Part shown: positions 11,091 to 21,294 of the stretch, piece by piece
Layout of the letters: each line of letters opens with the position of its first letter
Numbering within the stretch: the stretch's first letter is position 1
NCBI GenBank assembly: GCA_963842885.1
Contig: CAWJIE010000005.1
Span: 384,001-448,000 of the forward strand
DNA: 64,000 nt
Origin: an uncultured Nitrososphaerota archaeon
Lineage (GTDB): Archaea > Thermoproteota > Nitrososphaeria > Conexivisphaerales > DTJL01
Direction: 5' to 3'
Translations under genes and position numbers: made by a program
The notes under the pieces: generated by a model
Told to the model about the DNA's origin: nothing
Seen by the model: only the letters and a program-made list of their open reading frames with translations
The model's database searches: none

Positions 11091-11420
11091 TTGGGCGGCA
11101 CGAAGAAGAAGACGGTCGCCTCCATGGAGAGGGAGCAGGATCGAAAGGACGTAGAGGAGAAGCCGAAGGAGAAGAAAGGCGGAAAGGGCGCCAAGCCTTC
11201 GAGGGCTCTCCAGCCGCAGTACTCCCTTAGCGTGAGAGAGGAGGACGCCGTGGGCCAGCTCGCTCCCCTTAAGGCCATAACCATCTATTCAGCTGCGAAG
11301 GCACTGGGGATCAAGGCCAGCATAGCTTCCACTCTGCTGCGTTCCATGGCCGAGAAGGGCCTGCTCGACAGGGTCGGCGGCTTCAGCGGCCACTATGTGT
11401 ACGCTGTCAAGAAGAGGTAG
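11091..11420 (+). CDS. rps25e: 30S ribosomal protein S25e
   Basis: MGGTKKK basic N-terminus; winged helix ITIY.AAK.LGIK.SIA..LLR.M..KGL; TATA GTTATAT near 11053. Confidence 0.8.
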   Translation: MGGTKKKTVASMEREQDRKDVEEKPKEKKGGKGAKPSRALQPQYSLSVREEDAVGQLAPLKAITIYSAAKALGIKASIASTLLRSMAEKGLLDRVGGFSGHYVYAVKKR

Positions 11421-11506
11421 TCGTCCGCTCTCCTCCGGGGTCTCTTTTCGTCACTCGGACGGGTAAACCTCTCGGAAGATCGGGAGATCTGGCTACAGTC
11501 TCGAGC

Positions 11507-11845
11507 TCATTGAACTTCGATTCTCTGTTCCGAGTATCCCATCCGCGTCAGCATCTCCTTGACGCTGTCGCGTTGGTCTCCCTGAAGAATGATGATGCCG
11601 TCCTTCACGCTTCCGCCTGTCGCCAGCTTCTTCTTGAGTTCGCGTGCGACGTCAGCGAGACTGTCCTGCGTGCCCGAAAGGCCCTCGACCACAGTGGTCT
11701 TCTTGCGGAACCTCCTTAGCTCGAGCCTGACAATGATGCGGCTCTCTTCAGCGTCGAGCTCTCTGAGGACGTCGGAGAACAGCGAGTCGCCCTCAGACTT
11801 CGCGCTGCCGGTCGGTCCAGTGTCCGATTCTGAGGTCTTCTCCAT
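11507..11845 (-). CDS. Translation initiation factor aIF1/SUI1 paralog without the Cys cluster
   Basis: RRFRK.TT.VEG, LKKKLATGGS.K, ILQGDQR. Confidence 0.88.
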   Translation of the reverse strand: MEKTSESDTGPTGSAKSEGDSLFSDVLRELDAEESRIIVRLELRRFRKKTTVVEGLSGTQDSLADVARELKKKLATGGSVKDGIIILQGDQRDSVKEMLTRMGYSEQRIEVQ

Positions 11846-11984
11846 CCAGATTCTGGACGGCGCAGACTCAGTTAATTACTCATCGGTGTAACTTCAGCCC
11901 AGGTCTCCGAGCCACCCGCCTCCGTTCGTTCGGATGGTTGCCCTGAAGGCTTCTTCCTGGTGGGGTGGCCGTTTCTGGGGCGCC

Positions 11985-12392
11985 CTAGGTGTGGGGAGCC
12001 GGCTGGGGAGAGTTCTCCACTTCGAAGATCACAGTGTCGCCTCGCCTTATCTTCTTGAGCAAGCTGCTGTCTGACGTGACCCTTCCCACCTGATTCATGG
12101 GCCTGGCGGTGGCCGTGTCGGCGAGAAACATGCACAGCGCCCCGTTCAAGGGAAGGAAAGCGATGTCTCCAGCTGCGAATCGGTTCTTCGGCTTCTCGGG
12201 CCCCGCCTTGATGTTGGTCAGTATCATGACCGAGTTCTGCTCCAGAGTGGCCCTTCCGGCTATCCTTCCGTGCCTGATGATGGAGCCGCTGGTGGACGGG
12301 GCGAGGTGTTTGATGATTTCACCCTTAATCTTCCCCTTTCCCAGCACGCTGATGCTCAACGGCACCCTCGAAAAGGATTCTGGGGAGGTCAT
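11985..12392 (-). CDS. Cyclophilin-like fold protein (DUF369/DUF3830-like)
   Basis: HLAP.T, EK....AGDIAF.P..ALC.F, PMN.VGRV. Confidence 0.7.
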   Translation of the reverse strand: MTSPESFSRVPLSISVLGKGKIKGEIIKHLAPSTSGSIIRHGRIAGRATLEQNSVMILTNIKAGPEKPKNRFAAGDIAFLPLNGALCMFLADTATARPMNQVGRVTSDSSLLKKIRRGDTVIFEVENSPQPAPHT

Positions 12393-12446
12393 CGCATCGC
12401 TTTCATGATAGCCTGGACTCACTTAAAAACCGTCGGAAGGAGGAAC

Positions 12447-13709
12447 TCACTCGTTGGCGTACTTCAGGGCCAGCCGCAGGACGTCCCTGCCGCCGAGGAG
12501 GCCCAAAGAACCCTTCGCCGCTGCGGATTCGGTGAACCTCTCCGTCCCATCTCCATCCATGCCCTCCCTTGAGATGACCAGAGGAACCGGGTCGTCGCTG
12601 TGGGCTCTCATGGTGCAGGGCGTCGAGTGGTCGGCGGAGATGGCCACTGTCACGCCCTTGAGGCGGCCGGACGCCACAAGGGGGAGGAAGAAGCCCCTGT
12701 CTATCGCCTCCAGGCTCTGCATCTTCGCTACTGCGTCTCCATCGTGGCCGGGCTCGTCGGGCCCCTTGATGTGGAGGTAGACGACGTCGAATCTGCCGAG
12801 GAGCTCTAGCACTTTCGCCAGCTTGTCTTCGTAGTCGAAGACGCCCTTCGATACGAACACCTCCATTCCCGTGAGCCTTCCGATGCCGAGCTCCACGGGC
12901 ATGTCGGCGACGATGGCGAAACTAGCCCCGTACTTAGAGGACATCTTCTCGACCTTCGGAAGCTTGCTCCCCGCGTCCCTCGTGAGCACTATGTTGGCCG
13001 GCTTGAACCCCTTCCTCAACCTCTCAGCGTTGACGTCGCTGGACACAAGGACTTGGTGAGACTTCGCCACGAACTCGTTTACAACGGAGGCACCAATGGC
13101 GGCGCCGGTGCTCCCGTCGAGGGGGATGCACCTCTGAGGTTCCATCTCCGTTATCTTCTCCTTCGCTACCCCCATCCCGCCCACCTTGGCATAGGCCGGA
13201 TCGGTGTTGGAAATCTCCCCCGATAGCTCGGTCCCTCTGACGCGGAAGGTCAGGACGGCCCTGTGAGAGAGCGTGTGAATGAATTTGAAGGAGGAGCCGG
13301 GCACTGAGAGGTGCACGCCTTCGGCTATCTCCTCAGCGAGCCTCTTCCCTTCCTGTTGGCTGAGGTTCCTGCCGGATCGTCTGTCGGTGATGTTCATTTC
13401 GTCGTCGACGGTGGCGAAATTCGCCCTGAGGGCGAGGTCCCCGTCTTTGAAGTCCGTGCCTGCACCCACGGCTTCTATGACGCCCCTTCCCGGGTACTCC
13501 TCGCCGAAGCCGTATCCGAGCATGCTGAACACGGCCACGTCCGACTCGGGGGCGATCCCCTTGCCGACCGTATACACCAGGCCGCTCACGCCCCTGGATG
13601 CGATGCGATCGATCCCCGGGGTGTTTGCGGCTTCGAGGGGGGTCCTCCCCTGAAGGACAGGGTTCGGCCTGTCGCCAACGCCGTCCAATAGGACGTAAAG
13701 GAGCTTCAA
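12447..13709 (-). CDS. apgM: 2,3-bisphosphoglycerate-independent phosphoglycerate mutase
   Basis: LDGVGDRP..TPLEAA.TP, ESD, GRG..EA.G, HIKGPDEPGHDG, ADHSTP, HSDDPVP. Confidence 0.93.
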   Translation of the reverse strand: MKLLYVLLDGVGDRPNPVLQGRTPLEAANTPGIDRIASRGVSGLVYTVGKGIAPESDVAVFSMLGYGFGEEYPGRGVIEAVGAGTDFKDGDLALRANFATVDDEMNITDRRSGRNLSQQEGKRLAEEIAEGVHLSVPGSSFKFIHTLSHRAVLTFRVRGTELSGEISNTDPAYAKVGGMGVAKEKITEMEPQRCIPLDGSTGAAIGASVVNEFVAKSHQVLVSSDVNAERLRKGFKPANIVLTRDAGSKLPKVEKMSSKYGASFAIVADMPVELGIGRLTGMEVFVSKGVFDYEDKLAKVLELLGRFDVVYLHIKGPDEPGHDGDAVAKMQSLEAIDRGFFLPLVASGRLKGVTVAISADHSTPCTMRAHSDDPVPLVISREGMDGDGTERFTESAAAKGSLGLLGGRDVLRLALKYANE

Positions 13710-13796
13710 GCCTTGGTTACACTCTTGCCGTCCGATTTATCAAGTTTGGGTATTGATTCCTGACCTTCGGTCGGGCGGCACCCCTCGGATGCAGAA

Positions 13797-15095
13797 TCAG
13801 AAGCTAGCCTTCTTGTCGTAGGGGTTGGGCACGGGTCCTCCAGGGGGAGCAGGCGACCCCCTGTCCAGCATCTGGGCGGGCGTCCTGTATCCCGCTGGCG
13901 GCATCCCGGGCTTAGGCGCGGCAGGGCTCCTGGCCTTCCTCATCCTTTGTACTATGGTGGTGACCTTTCCTTCGAAGTCCACGAATATGGTGTTGTACAC
14001 AGCGAACGTCTCTGCCGGGCTGCTGAAGATCTTGTGGTACGCAGGGGGCAGCTTCTCGCCCATGCATACGAAGTGATCGAGCTGCTGGAGGATCCGCCAC
14101 AGCACCTTCACACGTTCGTCGCCAACCTCCTTGATGAAGGGCTTGAGGGCGGATACCCTGTCATACGATATCCTCTGCATCGGGTTGGCCAAGAAGCGGT
14201 TGACGTTGCCACCCGATTCCTCCGTGGCTATCGTGAGCGGCTCGGGGACGGAAAGGCTCCCGGCGGGGGTCGTATCCAGCACGTACTCGGTAGGGGTCGT
14301 GAAACTGAAGCCCTGCTCGTGAAGGGTCCCCGCGATAAGCTTGAAGTACGTCTTGTCTCTCTTGCCCAGCTCGTCTGTGTCCAGGTAGATGACCCCCAAT
14401 CCGTCCCCGCTCTTGAGCCTGTCAATCTCCTCTATCGCACCGCTGACGAGCGCCTTGCTCACCACGGTGTCTCTGACGAGCAGCCTGAGGCCCGGGGCCG
14501 CCGAAGAGGTGTATGTGAAGGCGGAGCTCTCGGCGTTCAACCCCATGACTCCGTCGACGAACATGCCGACGAAGCCCATGGCTTCTGCACTGCGGGCGAT
14601 TTTGTCGTTGAACAGTAGCTTGGTGTTCGCCAGCACCTTGGGCTGCACCGAGAACATCTTGCCCAAGAGGTTAGCGTCCTCCTTCACCTGCTCCTCGAAC
14701 TCGTCGAGCCCTCCGGAATAGAGCGAAGCGAGGGAGTTGTGATACGGTACGGCTACGAACTCCAGCGCGCCTAGGCCCAGGAGCTTCTTGATGACGCTGA
14801 GCAGGAAGGCATCCTCCTTTATCACCTGCTCAATGAACAGCCCGCTGGCCGCGACGGAGAACTTGAAGGGGTTGGGCGTCTTGGCAGTCGCTTCGGCGAC
14901 CTCGAGGAGGCCCGTGAACAGCGGCGTGAAAATCTGCTTGGAGTTCTCCAGATACAACTTGTGGCACAGCCCGTAATCAAAGTACCTGTCCATGAGGCTG
15001 GCTTCGTCGGCTATCCTCTTTGCCCTCTCGTATGGAAAGTTGCGGCTAAGGTATATCGGCTGTTGCAAGGAGACGATTAGGCATATCTTCTGCAA
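13797..15095 (-). CDS. GH57-family (alpha-amylase-like) protein with degenerate catalytic motifs
   Basis: ICL...QQP (for HQP), KFS..SG.F.EQ, PYHNSLASL, NTKL (for NTEL), N.MQ, W..LQ..DHF..M. Confidence 0.8.
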   Translation of the reverse strand: MQKICLIVSLQQPIYLSRNFPYERAKRIADEASLMDRYFDYGLCHKLYLENSKQIFTPLFTGLLEVAEATAKTPNPFKFSVAASGLFIEQVIKEDAFLLSVIKKLLGLGALEFVAVPYHNSLASLYSGGLDEFEEQVKEDANLLGKMFSVQPKVLANTKLLFNDKIARSAEAMGFVGMFVDGVMGLNAESSAFTYTSSAAPGLRLLVRDTVVSKALVSGAIEEIDRLKSGDGLGVIYLDTDELGKRDKTYFKLIAGTLHEQGFSFTTPTEYVLDTTPAGSLSVPEPLTIATEESGGNVNRFLANPMQRISYDRVSALKPFIKEVGDERVKVLWRILQQLDHFVCMGEKLPPAYHKIFSSPAETFAVYNTIFVDFEGKVTTIVQRMRKARSPAAPKPGMPPAGYRTPAQMLDRGSPAPPGGPVPNPYDKKASF

Positions 15096-15274
15096 TTTGG
15101 ATGCAAAAGCCTCTCTCCCGTATTTATGTTTAATCGAAAGGAGTAAACTCATTGAGCCTTCGGCTCAAATTGTCTTAACATTGTGCGAGCGTGCGGCTTC
15201 CAACCTATGAAACGGCGCACATCTAGAGATTTAACCCCCTTCCGACATACCAGTACGGGCGGTCAGGTGGGGGT

Positions 15275-16288
15275 TTGCCGGAGCTTCGTGTGGACTACGT
15301 TTCAAGGACGATGTCATTGGTGCCGTTTGAGAAGCGGCGCAGCCGCGCGCCCGAGGACGGCTGCAGCTACTGCAAGGGGAAGGAGGAGTCTACGCCTCCC
15401 GCCGACCTTGTGCTCCAGGACCGTTTGGGTGGCATCGTGAAGACAAGCGACGGCGAGGACGACAGGGTGAAGGAATGGGTCGTCAGGGTGTTCAAGCATC
15501 CAGAGCCCCTTGTCTTCGATGATTCACGCTCCAACTACAGCGATGAACCCCTATTCGGCGAACCGGCTCGAGGCACTCACTACGTGGTCGTCTCCACGCC
15601 CAACCACGACGACACCTTCAGCAAGATGAGCATTGAACAGCTCTCGGACAACCTGATCGCCCTACAGGAACAGCTGAAGTTCCTCTATCAGGGAAGGGGG
15701 GTCTCCTACGTCTCCGCCTTCATAGACTCCGAGACGGGGAAGGGGACGGCGTCCCACCCGCACGTCGACCTTGTCAGCTTCTCCAGGATACCTCCGGTCA
15801 TCGAATCAGAGTCGAAGATGTCCGACGCGGTCTACGAAGAGCTGGGCCAGTGTCCATATTGCCGCCTTGTGCAGGTAGAGTCGGGCGGGCCCCGCCAGGT
15901 GCTCTCCTCGGAGAACTTCCTGGCCTTCGTCCCCTGGGCGCCCCGCCACGACTTCGAGTTCTGGATTGTGCCGCGCAAGCACCAGAAGAGCTTCCTCAAG
16001 ATGACGCAGCATCAGATCAAGGACCTCGCGATGATCCTGAGGTGCACCCTGGGCGGCCTGTCCGAGGGGCCCTCTCCAAACTACCACGTCGCCTTCCACT
16101 TCGCGCCGGAGAAGAGACAGCAATCCCAGTTTCACTGGCACGTCGAGGTCTACCCTGACCTCGTGAAGCGGAGGGCGCTGGCCGAGGGGTTCGGGGTATA
16201 TGTGAACACCGTGCCGCCCGAGATGATGGCGGACGAGCTGGGCGCGGCGTCGAGGAAGGAAGTCGCCAAGCTTCTGGGCGTCAAGTAG
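15275..16288 (+). CDS. GalT-like (HIT superfamily) nucleotidyltransferase
   Basis: ELR.D, CSYC, HPH, CPYC, FVPWAP..FE.WI.P, FHWHVEVYP, VPPE. Confidence 0.82.
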   Translation: MPELRVDYVSRTMSLVPFEKRRSRAPEDGCSYCKGKEESTPPADLVLQDRLGGIVKTSDGEDDRVKEWVVRVFKHPEPLVFDDSRSNYSDEPLFGEPARGTHYVVVSTPNHDDTFSKMSIEQLSDNLIALQEQLKFLYQGRGVSYVSAFIDSETGKGTASHPHVDLVSFSRIPPVIESESKMSDAVYEELGQCPYCRLVQVESGGPRQVLSSENFLAFVPWAPRHDFEFWIVPRKHQKSFLKMTQHQIKDLAMILRCTLGGLSEGPSPNYHVAFHFAPEKRQQSQFHWHVEVYPDLVKRRALAEGFGVYVNTVPPEMMADELGAASRKEVAKLLGVK

Positions 16289-16345
16289 AGAGGGCCGCCC
16301 GTGAGGGCGACAGTTCTTTAAGAGCCGTCCCATGACCTAGGGCCC

Positions 16346-17293
16346 GTGCCTCGCAGACGCTATTCCGAAGTCGTCAGGGACTACGAAGTGGGCGACGAAA
16401 CGGCCTCCTCCATATCGAAGAAGATGGAACGGTCTGGCGGCTTCACCGGCAGGCACTTCGCCGAAGCCGTCGGCATCCTCGCTGAGATGTGGGGTGACAA
16501 GAGCTGCCTCAAGGTCATCTCTTTCCCCGCCGACATCATCTCGACCGGGCTCCGCGGCGTCATTATGCAGTTGACGCGTGACGGGAAGGTCGACCTCCTG
16601 ATCACGACATGCGGGACGCTGGACCACGACATCGCCAGGAGCTTCGCCCCATACATGAAGGGGGACTTCAGGCTCGATGACGAGAAGCTGCTGAAGGAGG
16701 GTTACCACAGGCTGGGGAACGTCCTCGTCCCCAAGAGCTCCTACGGACCCCTCCTTGAGGAGAAGCTCCAGCCCTTCTTCGAAGATCTGTATCGCGAAGG
16801 CAGACGAGAGCTGGGGGCATCCGAGCTCTCCTGGGCCATCGGGGAACGCCTCCTGAAGGAGGACTCTATACTCTACTGGGCGGCCAAGAGGAAGGTTCCG
16901 GTGGTCGTGCCTGGGCTCACCGACGGGGCCGTGGGATCGCAGGTGTGGCTGTTCTCCCAGAAGCATAGGGATTTCAAGATAAACGTCCTCAAGGACGAAG
17001 AGATCATGTCCGATGCCGTCTTCGAAGCCAAGAAGATGGGCGCCCTGATGCTAGGCGGCGGCATCAGCAAGCATCATGCGATATGGTGGGCGCAGTTCCG
17101 AGACGGCCTCGACTACGCGGTGTACCTCACCACGGCGATGGAGTACGACGGCTCCCTGAGCGGCGCCCTGGTCAGGGAGGCCATCTCCTGGGGTAAGGTG
17201 AAGGCCAAGGCGAAGCAGGTGACGGTCCACGGCGACGTCACGGTGCTCCTGCCCTTCCTCGTCTCCGCCTCTCTTGGAAGAATCGGCGAGTGA
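16346..17293 (+). CDS. dys: Deoxyhypusine synthase
   Basis: STGLR, HRLGNV, LGGGISKHH, DGSLSGA...EAISWGK. Confidence 0.95.
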   Translation: MPRRRYSEVVRDYEVGDETASSISKKMERSGGFTGRHFAEAVGILAEMWGDKSCLKVISFPADIISTGLRGVIMQLTRDGKVDLLITTCGTLDHDIARSFAPYMKGDFRLDDEKLLKEGYHRLGNVLVPKSSYGPLLEEKLQPFFEDLYREGRRELGASELSWAIGERLLKEDSILYWAAKRKVPVVVPGLTDGAVGSQVWLFSQKHRDFKINVLKDEEIMSDAVFEAKKMGALMLGGGISKHHAIWWAQFRDGLDYAVYLTTAMEYDGSLSGALVREAISWGKVKAKAKQVTVHGDVTVLLPFLVSASLGRIGE

Positions 17294-17438
17294 AGCGGTC
17301 TCTGCGCTCTATGGAGGGAACAGGGGCCTGCGCTTCGCCAGAGCAATACTTATAGACGGCTCCCACATACACATTGAATTGTGTCTTTCTGGTCCATAGC
17401 TTCAGAGCATGGGTCATTGACAGAGGGGCACTAGGGCG

Positions 17439-18857
17439 TTGACCTCAGAAGACGCCGGCGGCCCGGTAGGCACTGCGCGCGACGCCGTGATATATATCGC
17501 CGCCGTGGCCTTCGTAGGGATCGTCCTCTGGCTCATCCTGGGCAACTTCAAGCAGACCATGGCTGGCACCATCTTCATCGCTACTGTCATTGGGACGCTG
17601 ATGTTCTGGCGCTTCAGGCTGGCCATCGCCTTCGTGGGCATCTCGGCTCTTCTGGCGACGTCGACCCTGGACATCACCGAAATGATTCGATTTCATGAAC
17701 ATCGACGTAATCTGCTTCCTCATCGGCATGATGATCTTGGTGGACATCGCCAAGGAAAGCGGCCTGTTCATCTGGATCTTGGACAAGCTGCTCAAGGCGA
17801 CGAAGTACGATCCCAGGAAGGTCCTGATAGTGCTCCTTGCGATGTCGACCCTCATGGCCGCCATGGTGGACGAGGTCACCTCCATCCTCTTCATAATCGC
17901 CATCGTCTTCGAGTATTGCAGCGTACTTCGATATCGACCCGCTTCCCTACGTGATCTCGACCGTCCTCGCGACCAACGTGGGCAGCTCCGCCACGGTGCT
18001 GGGGAACCCCATAGGGATACTGATCGCCCTGAGGGGGAACCTCACCTTCGACGGACTTCCTCATGTGGGCCACTCCGGTGGCGGTGATGTCCTTGCTGCT
18101 GCTGATCGCCATCCTTCCTCTCTGGTACAGGAAGCCTCTTGCGGAAGCCAAGGTCAAGGTCTTGGCGAAGCTGAACGGGGCCACAAGCGCCGATGTCTTG
18201 GAGGTCATCGGCAAGGAGAGGATGAACGATGTCAAGATAAGCGGGGTGATCCTCTTTGGGACCATCTTCTTCATCGCCCTCCACGCTCGCCTCGAGCCCC
18301 TCTTCGGGCTCGAGAAGGACACGCTCCTCCTGGTCTTCTCTTTCCTGGGAGCGGCGGCAGGGCTCTTTTGGAAGCGGGCGACCGCGCGGCAAATCGTGGA
18401 GAGGGGTGTCGACTGGTGGTCCCTCGTCTTCTTCATGTTCCTCTTCGCAAAGGCAGGGGCCCTCAAGTTCACCGGTCTGACGGACAGGCTGGCCAGTGGC
18501 ATAGCCTCGGTCGCGAGGTCGCAGGTTCAGATCCAGAGCATAGTCCTGTGGCTGGCATGCGGCGCCTCTTCTGTCCTGGACAACGTGGTCCTGGTGGCAG
18601 CCCTGATACCCGTGGTGCAGAGCCTCGTGGCCATAGGCTACCAGGGCACCCCCCTGTCCTTCGCCCTGCTCTTCGGAGGGGTCTACGGGGGAAACATAAC
18701 CATGATCGGCAGCACCGCCAACATAGTGGCCCTGGGCATGCTGGAGAAGAAGTTCAACTATCACATGAAGTTCTTCAAATGGCTCTGGGTGGGACTTCTG
18801 GGCGGCATCCTTCCGACCCTGGTGGCGCAGGTTTGGCTTATGGCCTTCTTCCACTAA
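17439..18857 (+). CDS. SLC13/ArsB/CitMHS-type anion permease, frameshifts near 17690, 17930 and 18055
   Basis: GMM, VDEVTS, TNVGSSAT.LGNP, DW..L.FF.FLF, LDNV, GGN.T.IGS.AN across three ORFs. Confidence 0.82.
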
Positions 18858-19342
18858 TCTTCCATGAGCGCGGCGTCGGTCACGTCGCGCATGTATCGTT
18901 CTAGCCAGCTCTTCGCAAGCGGCTCCTTGTCCCCCAGGTATTCGGAGACGAAGGATGCGAAGACCCAGCGCTCGACGAGGAGTCCCACCGGCTTGCCCTT
19001 GTCGTCCACCACAATGAGGCGCAGGATGCCTTTCTTCCCCATGAGCTTCAGAGCCTCCCCCAGGGAAGCGTCCCGGTTCACAGTGACGGGGTTCCTGATG
19101 GCGATGCCCTGGAGCTTGACCCTGGACGGCTCCAGCGACTCTGACACGACTTTCATGACGATGTCGCGGTCGGTAAGTATGCCAACAGAGCCGTCATCGA
19201 ACCGGACCCCCACGCTGCCGAGGTTGTTATCCTTCATCACCTTGACGGCCCCGGCGGCGGTTTCTTCGGCCTTGAGGATGTAGAACTTCTTGCGCATGTA
19301 ATCTTTGACGGGCCTGCTGAAGAAAGTTTCAGAGATGGGCAT
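18854..19342 (-). CDS. CBS-pair domain protein
   Basis: VKDYM, GILTDRDI, LIVVD..GKPVG. Confidence 0.85.
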   Translation of the reverse strand: MPISETFFSRPVKDYMRKKFYILKAEETAAGAVKVMKDNNLGSVGVRFDDGSVGILTDRDIVMKVVSESLEPSRVKLQGIAIRNPVTVNRDASLGEALKLMGKKGILRLIVVDDKGKPVGLLVERWVFASFVSEYLGDKEPLAKSWLERYMRDVTDAALMED

Positions 19343-19424
19343 GGGCCTTGATGCGGACCAGCAGGGATACAATGATAGCTGTCTCATCGGCCCCTCGCGA
19401 TACCCAAGGAGGCGCCAGCGAAAG

Positions 19425-20243
19425 TCAAGGCAGCGCACCTCCCGCCCAGACGCGGATGTCTAGGAAAGCCTCTTCGGCCGCGACCATCTCCCCTTCTACG
19501 ACTTTGTATCCGGCCTCCATGGCCCTCTTAGCCAGCGGTGTCAGGGAGGGTGAAAGGGCTAGGTCCAAGATAGTTACGTCCAAAGGCAGCGCCGCTGCCA
19601 GCGTCGGGTCCCCTCCCTCCTTCCTCCCGAGAGGAGTGGCGTTCACGATGACGTCGAATCCACGCAGGTCCAATGATTTGAAAGCGTCGGGGTAGGGCAA
19701 CGAAACCGCGTCGACGCCCATTATGAAGCCGAGCCCCTTCACTATGGCGCCTGAGCTGGCCGGGTTCCTCCCCGACAAGATCATCCGGGTGAAGCCCAGC
19801 CGCCATAGGGAGTAGAGAGAAGCCCTCGCCGTCGCTCCTATCCCTATCACCAACGCGTTGTTCCTGACAGGCTTCATGCCCCTCCTTTTCAGGACGTTCC
19901 TGATAGCGACCCAGTCGGTGTTGTACCCCTTGAAGCGGCCTTCCTCACAGGCGATCACGTTGCAGGCGCCGATGGTTCTCGCATCGTCATCGATCGTATC
20001 CAGCATCATTAGTATTTCCGTCTTGAAAGGTGAAGTAACCGCGAAGCCAGCTGCGTTGCGACAGAGAGAACGATACGATTCGAACAGGCCAGCCTTCTTC
20101 ACCTTCTTAGGTATGTAGGCCAGCGTAAAGCCCGCCGCCTTCGCCGCTGCGCAGTGGAAGTTGGAAATGGCGAACCCCCCGGAGCCGTCGCCTATCCCGT
20201 AGATGCGGTTCTGCTTGCCCGCGAAGGCAGCGGTTCGGCTCAT
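19425..20243 (-). CDS. aroE: Shikimate dehydrogenase family protein
   Basis: VTSPFK, IGACN, GYNTD, GIGATAR, VNATPLG. Confidence 0.8.
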   Translation of the reverse strand: MSRTAAFAGKQNRIYGIGDGSGGFAISNFHCAAAKAAGFTLAYIPKKVKKAGLFESYRSLCRNAAGFAVTSPFKTEILMMLDTIDDDARTIGACNVIACEEGRFKGYNTDWVAIRNVLKRRGMKPVRNNALVIGIGATARASLYSLWRLGFTRMILSGRNPASSGAIVKGLGFIMGVDAVSLPYPDAFKSLDLRGFDVIVNATPLGRKEGGDPTLAAALPLDVTILDLALSPSLTPLAKRAMEAGYKVVEGEMVAAEEAFLDIRVWAGGALP

Positions 20244-20340
20244 ATTCCGCAGCCTCCTCGCTCCGTCATATGTATGCTACGCAGGCCTCAAGGGGGCTCG
20301 GTGCCCACGCTTATTAGCGACCTTATTGTTCGCCTATAAT

Positions 20341-21294
20341 GTGAGGGACCCTTTTGAGATGGTCGCCAAGGAGTACCTACCCTGGGTCAGGGCCCTCGCG
20401 GCGCACAGGCTTCGCCGGCTGGGCTTCAGCCAGTCGAAGACAGCCAGGGCGCTGGGGGTCGCCCAACCATCCGTCACGCTCTACCTGAAGAAGCCCGAAG
20501 CCTATTACCTTGGCAGGACAAGCGCCCTGGGCGCCCCCAAGGAAATGGTCTCCGCTCAAGCGGAACGCTTCGCCAGGGCGAGCGCGGCAGGGACTCTGAT
20601 GTCCGTCTCGATGGCGCTGGACATCGTGTCGGAGACCCTCGGGGGAGGAAGCTTGTGCGCGCACCACCGAAGTGAGGCAGGCCTGCCAGAGGCCTGCGAC
20701 GTGTGTATCCGGTTCTTCGGGACTGGAGGGAAGGACGCGCGGTCCTCCGTCATCAAACAGCTCGAAGAAGCCGTTCGCCTGATAGAGTCTTCTGCCTGCT
20801 TCCCCTTGCTCATCCCAGAGGTGCAGACCAATTTCGTCTCGGCCCTTCCCGAGGCGCTCGACGAGCATGATGTCGCTGGCATTCCTGGCCGCATCGCCTG
20901 CGCCAAGGGCCGCGCCAAGGCCGCGTCGCCTCCTGATTTCGGTGCGTCGAGGTATACGGCCGGCATCGTGCTCGCGGTGAAGAGGGCCTTCAAGGAGGTG
21001 GGCAGCGGGCTCAACATCAAGTACGACGCCACGTTGGGCGAGGTCGCATCGAGCCTCGGTTGGCGGAGCCTTTCTTTGGCCGCTGGAGAGGCAGACCGGG
21101 GGATCGTTCATTTCTCGAAGAAGATAACGGACGCGGCGTCCAAGTTGGAGGGCCCTCCGGACCTCCTTGTCGAATCGGGCGGGATGGGCCTGGAGGCGTC
21201 GGCCTACGTCCTTGGGACGACCCCCAACGAAGTCGTCGAGAAGGCCCTGGCGTTGGCAGGGCTCTACTCCAAGAGGAAGCGCCGACCTAGGTGA
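20341..21294 (+). CDS. HTH + ThiN (thiamine-phosphate synthase-like) fusion, ThiR-type regulator
   Basis: N-terminal HTH (SQ.KTA..LGVAQP.V..Y), C.HH/CDVC, LIPEVQTN, DVAGIPGRI, PDFGAS, GG.GLE. Confidence 0.82.
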   Translation: MRDPFEMVAKEYLPWVRALAAHRLRRLGFSQSKTARALGVAQPSVTLYLKKPEAYYLGRTSALGAPKEMVSAQAERFARASAAGTLMSVSMALDIVSETLGGGSLCAHHRSEAGLPEACDVCIRFFGTGGKDARSSVIKQLEEAVRLIESSACFPLLIPEVQTNFVSALPEALDEHDVAGIPGRIACAKGRAKAASPPDFGASRYTAGIVLAVKRAFKEVGSGLNIKYDATLGEVASSLGWRSLSLAAGEADRGIVHFSKKITDAASKLEGPPDLLVESGGMGLEASAYVLGTTPNEVVEKALALAGLYSKRKRRPR

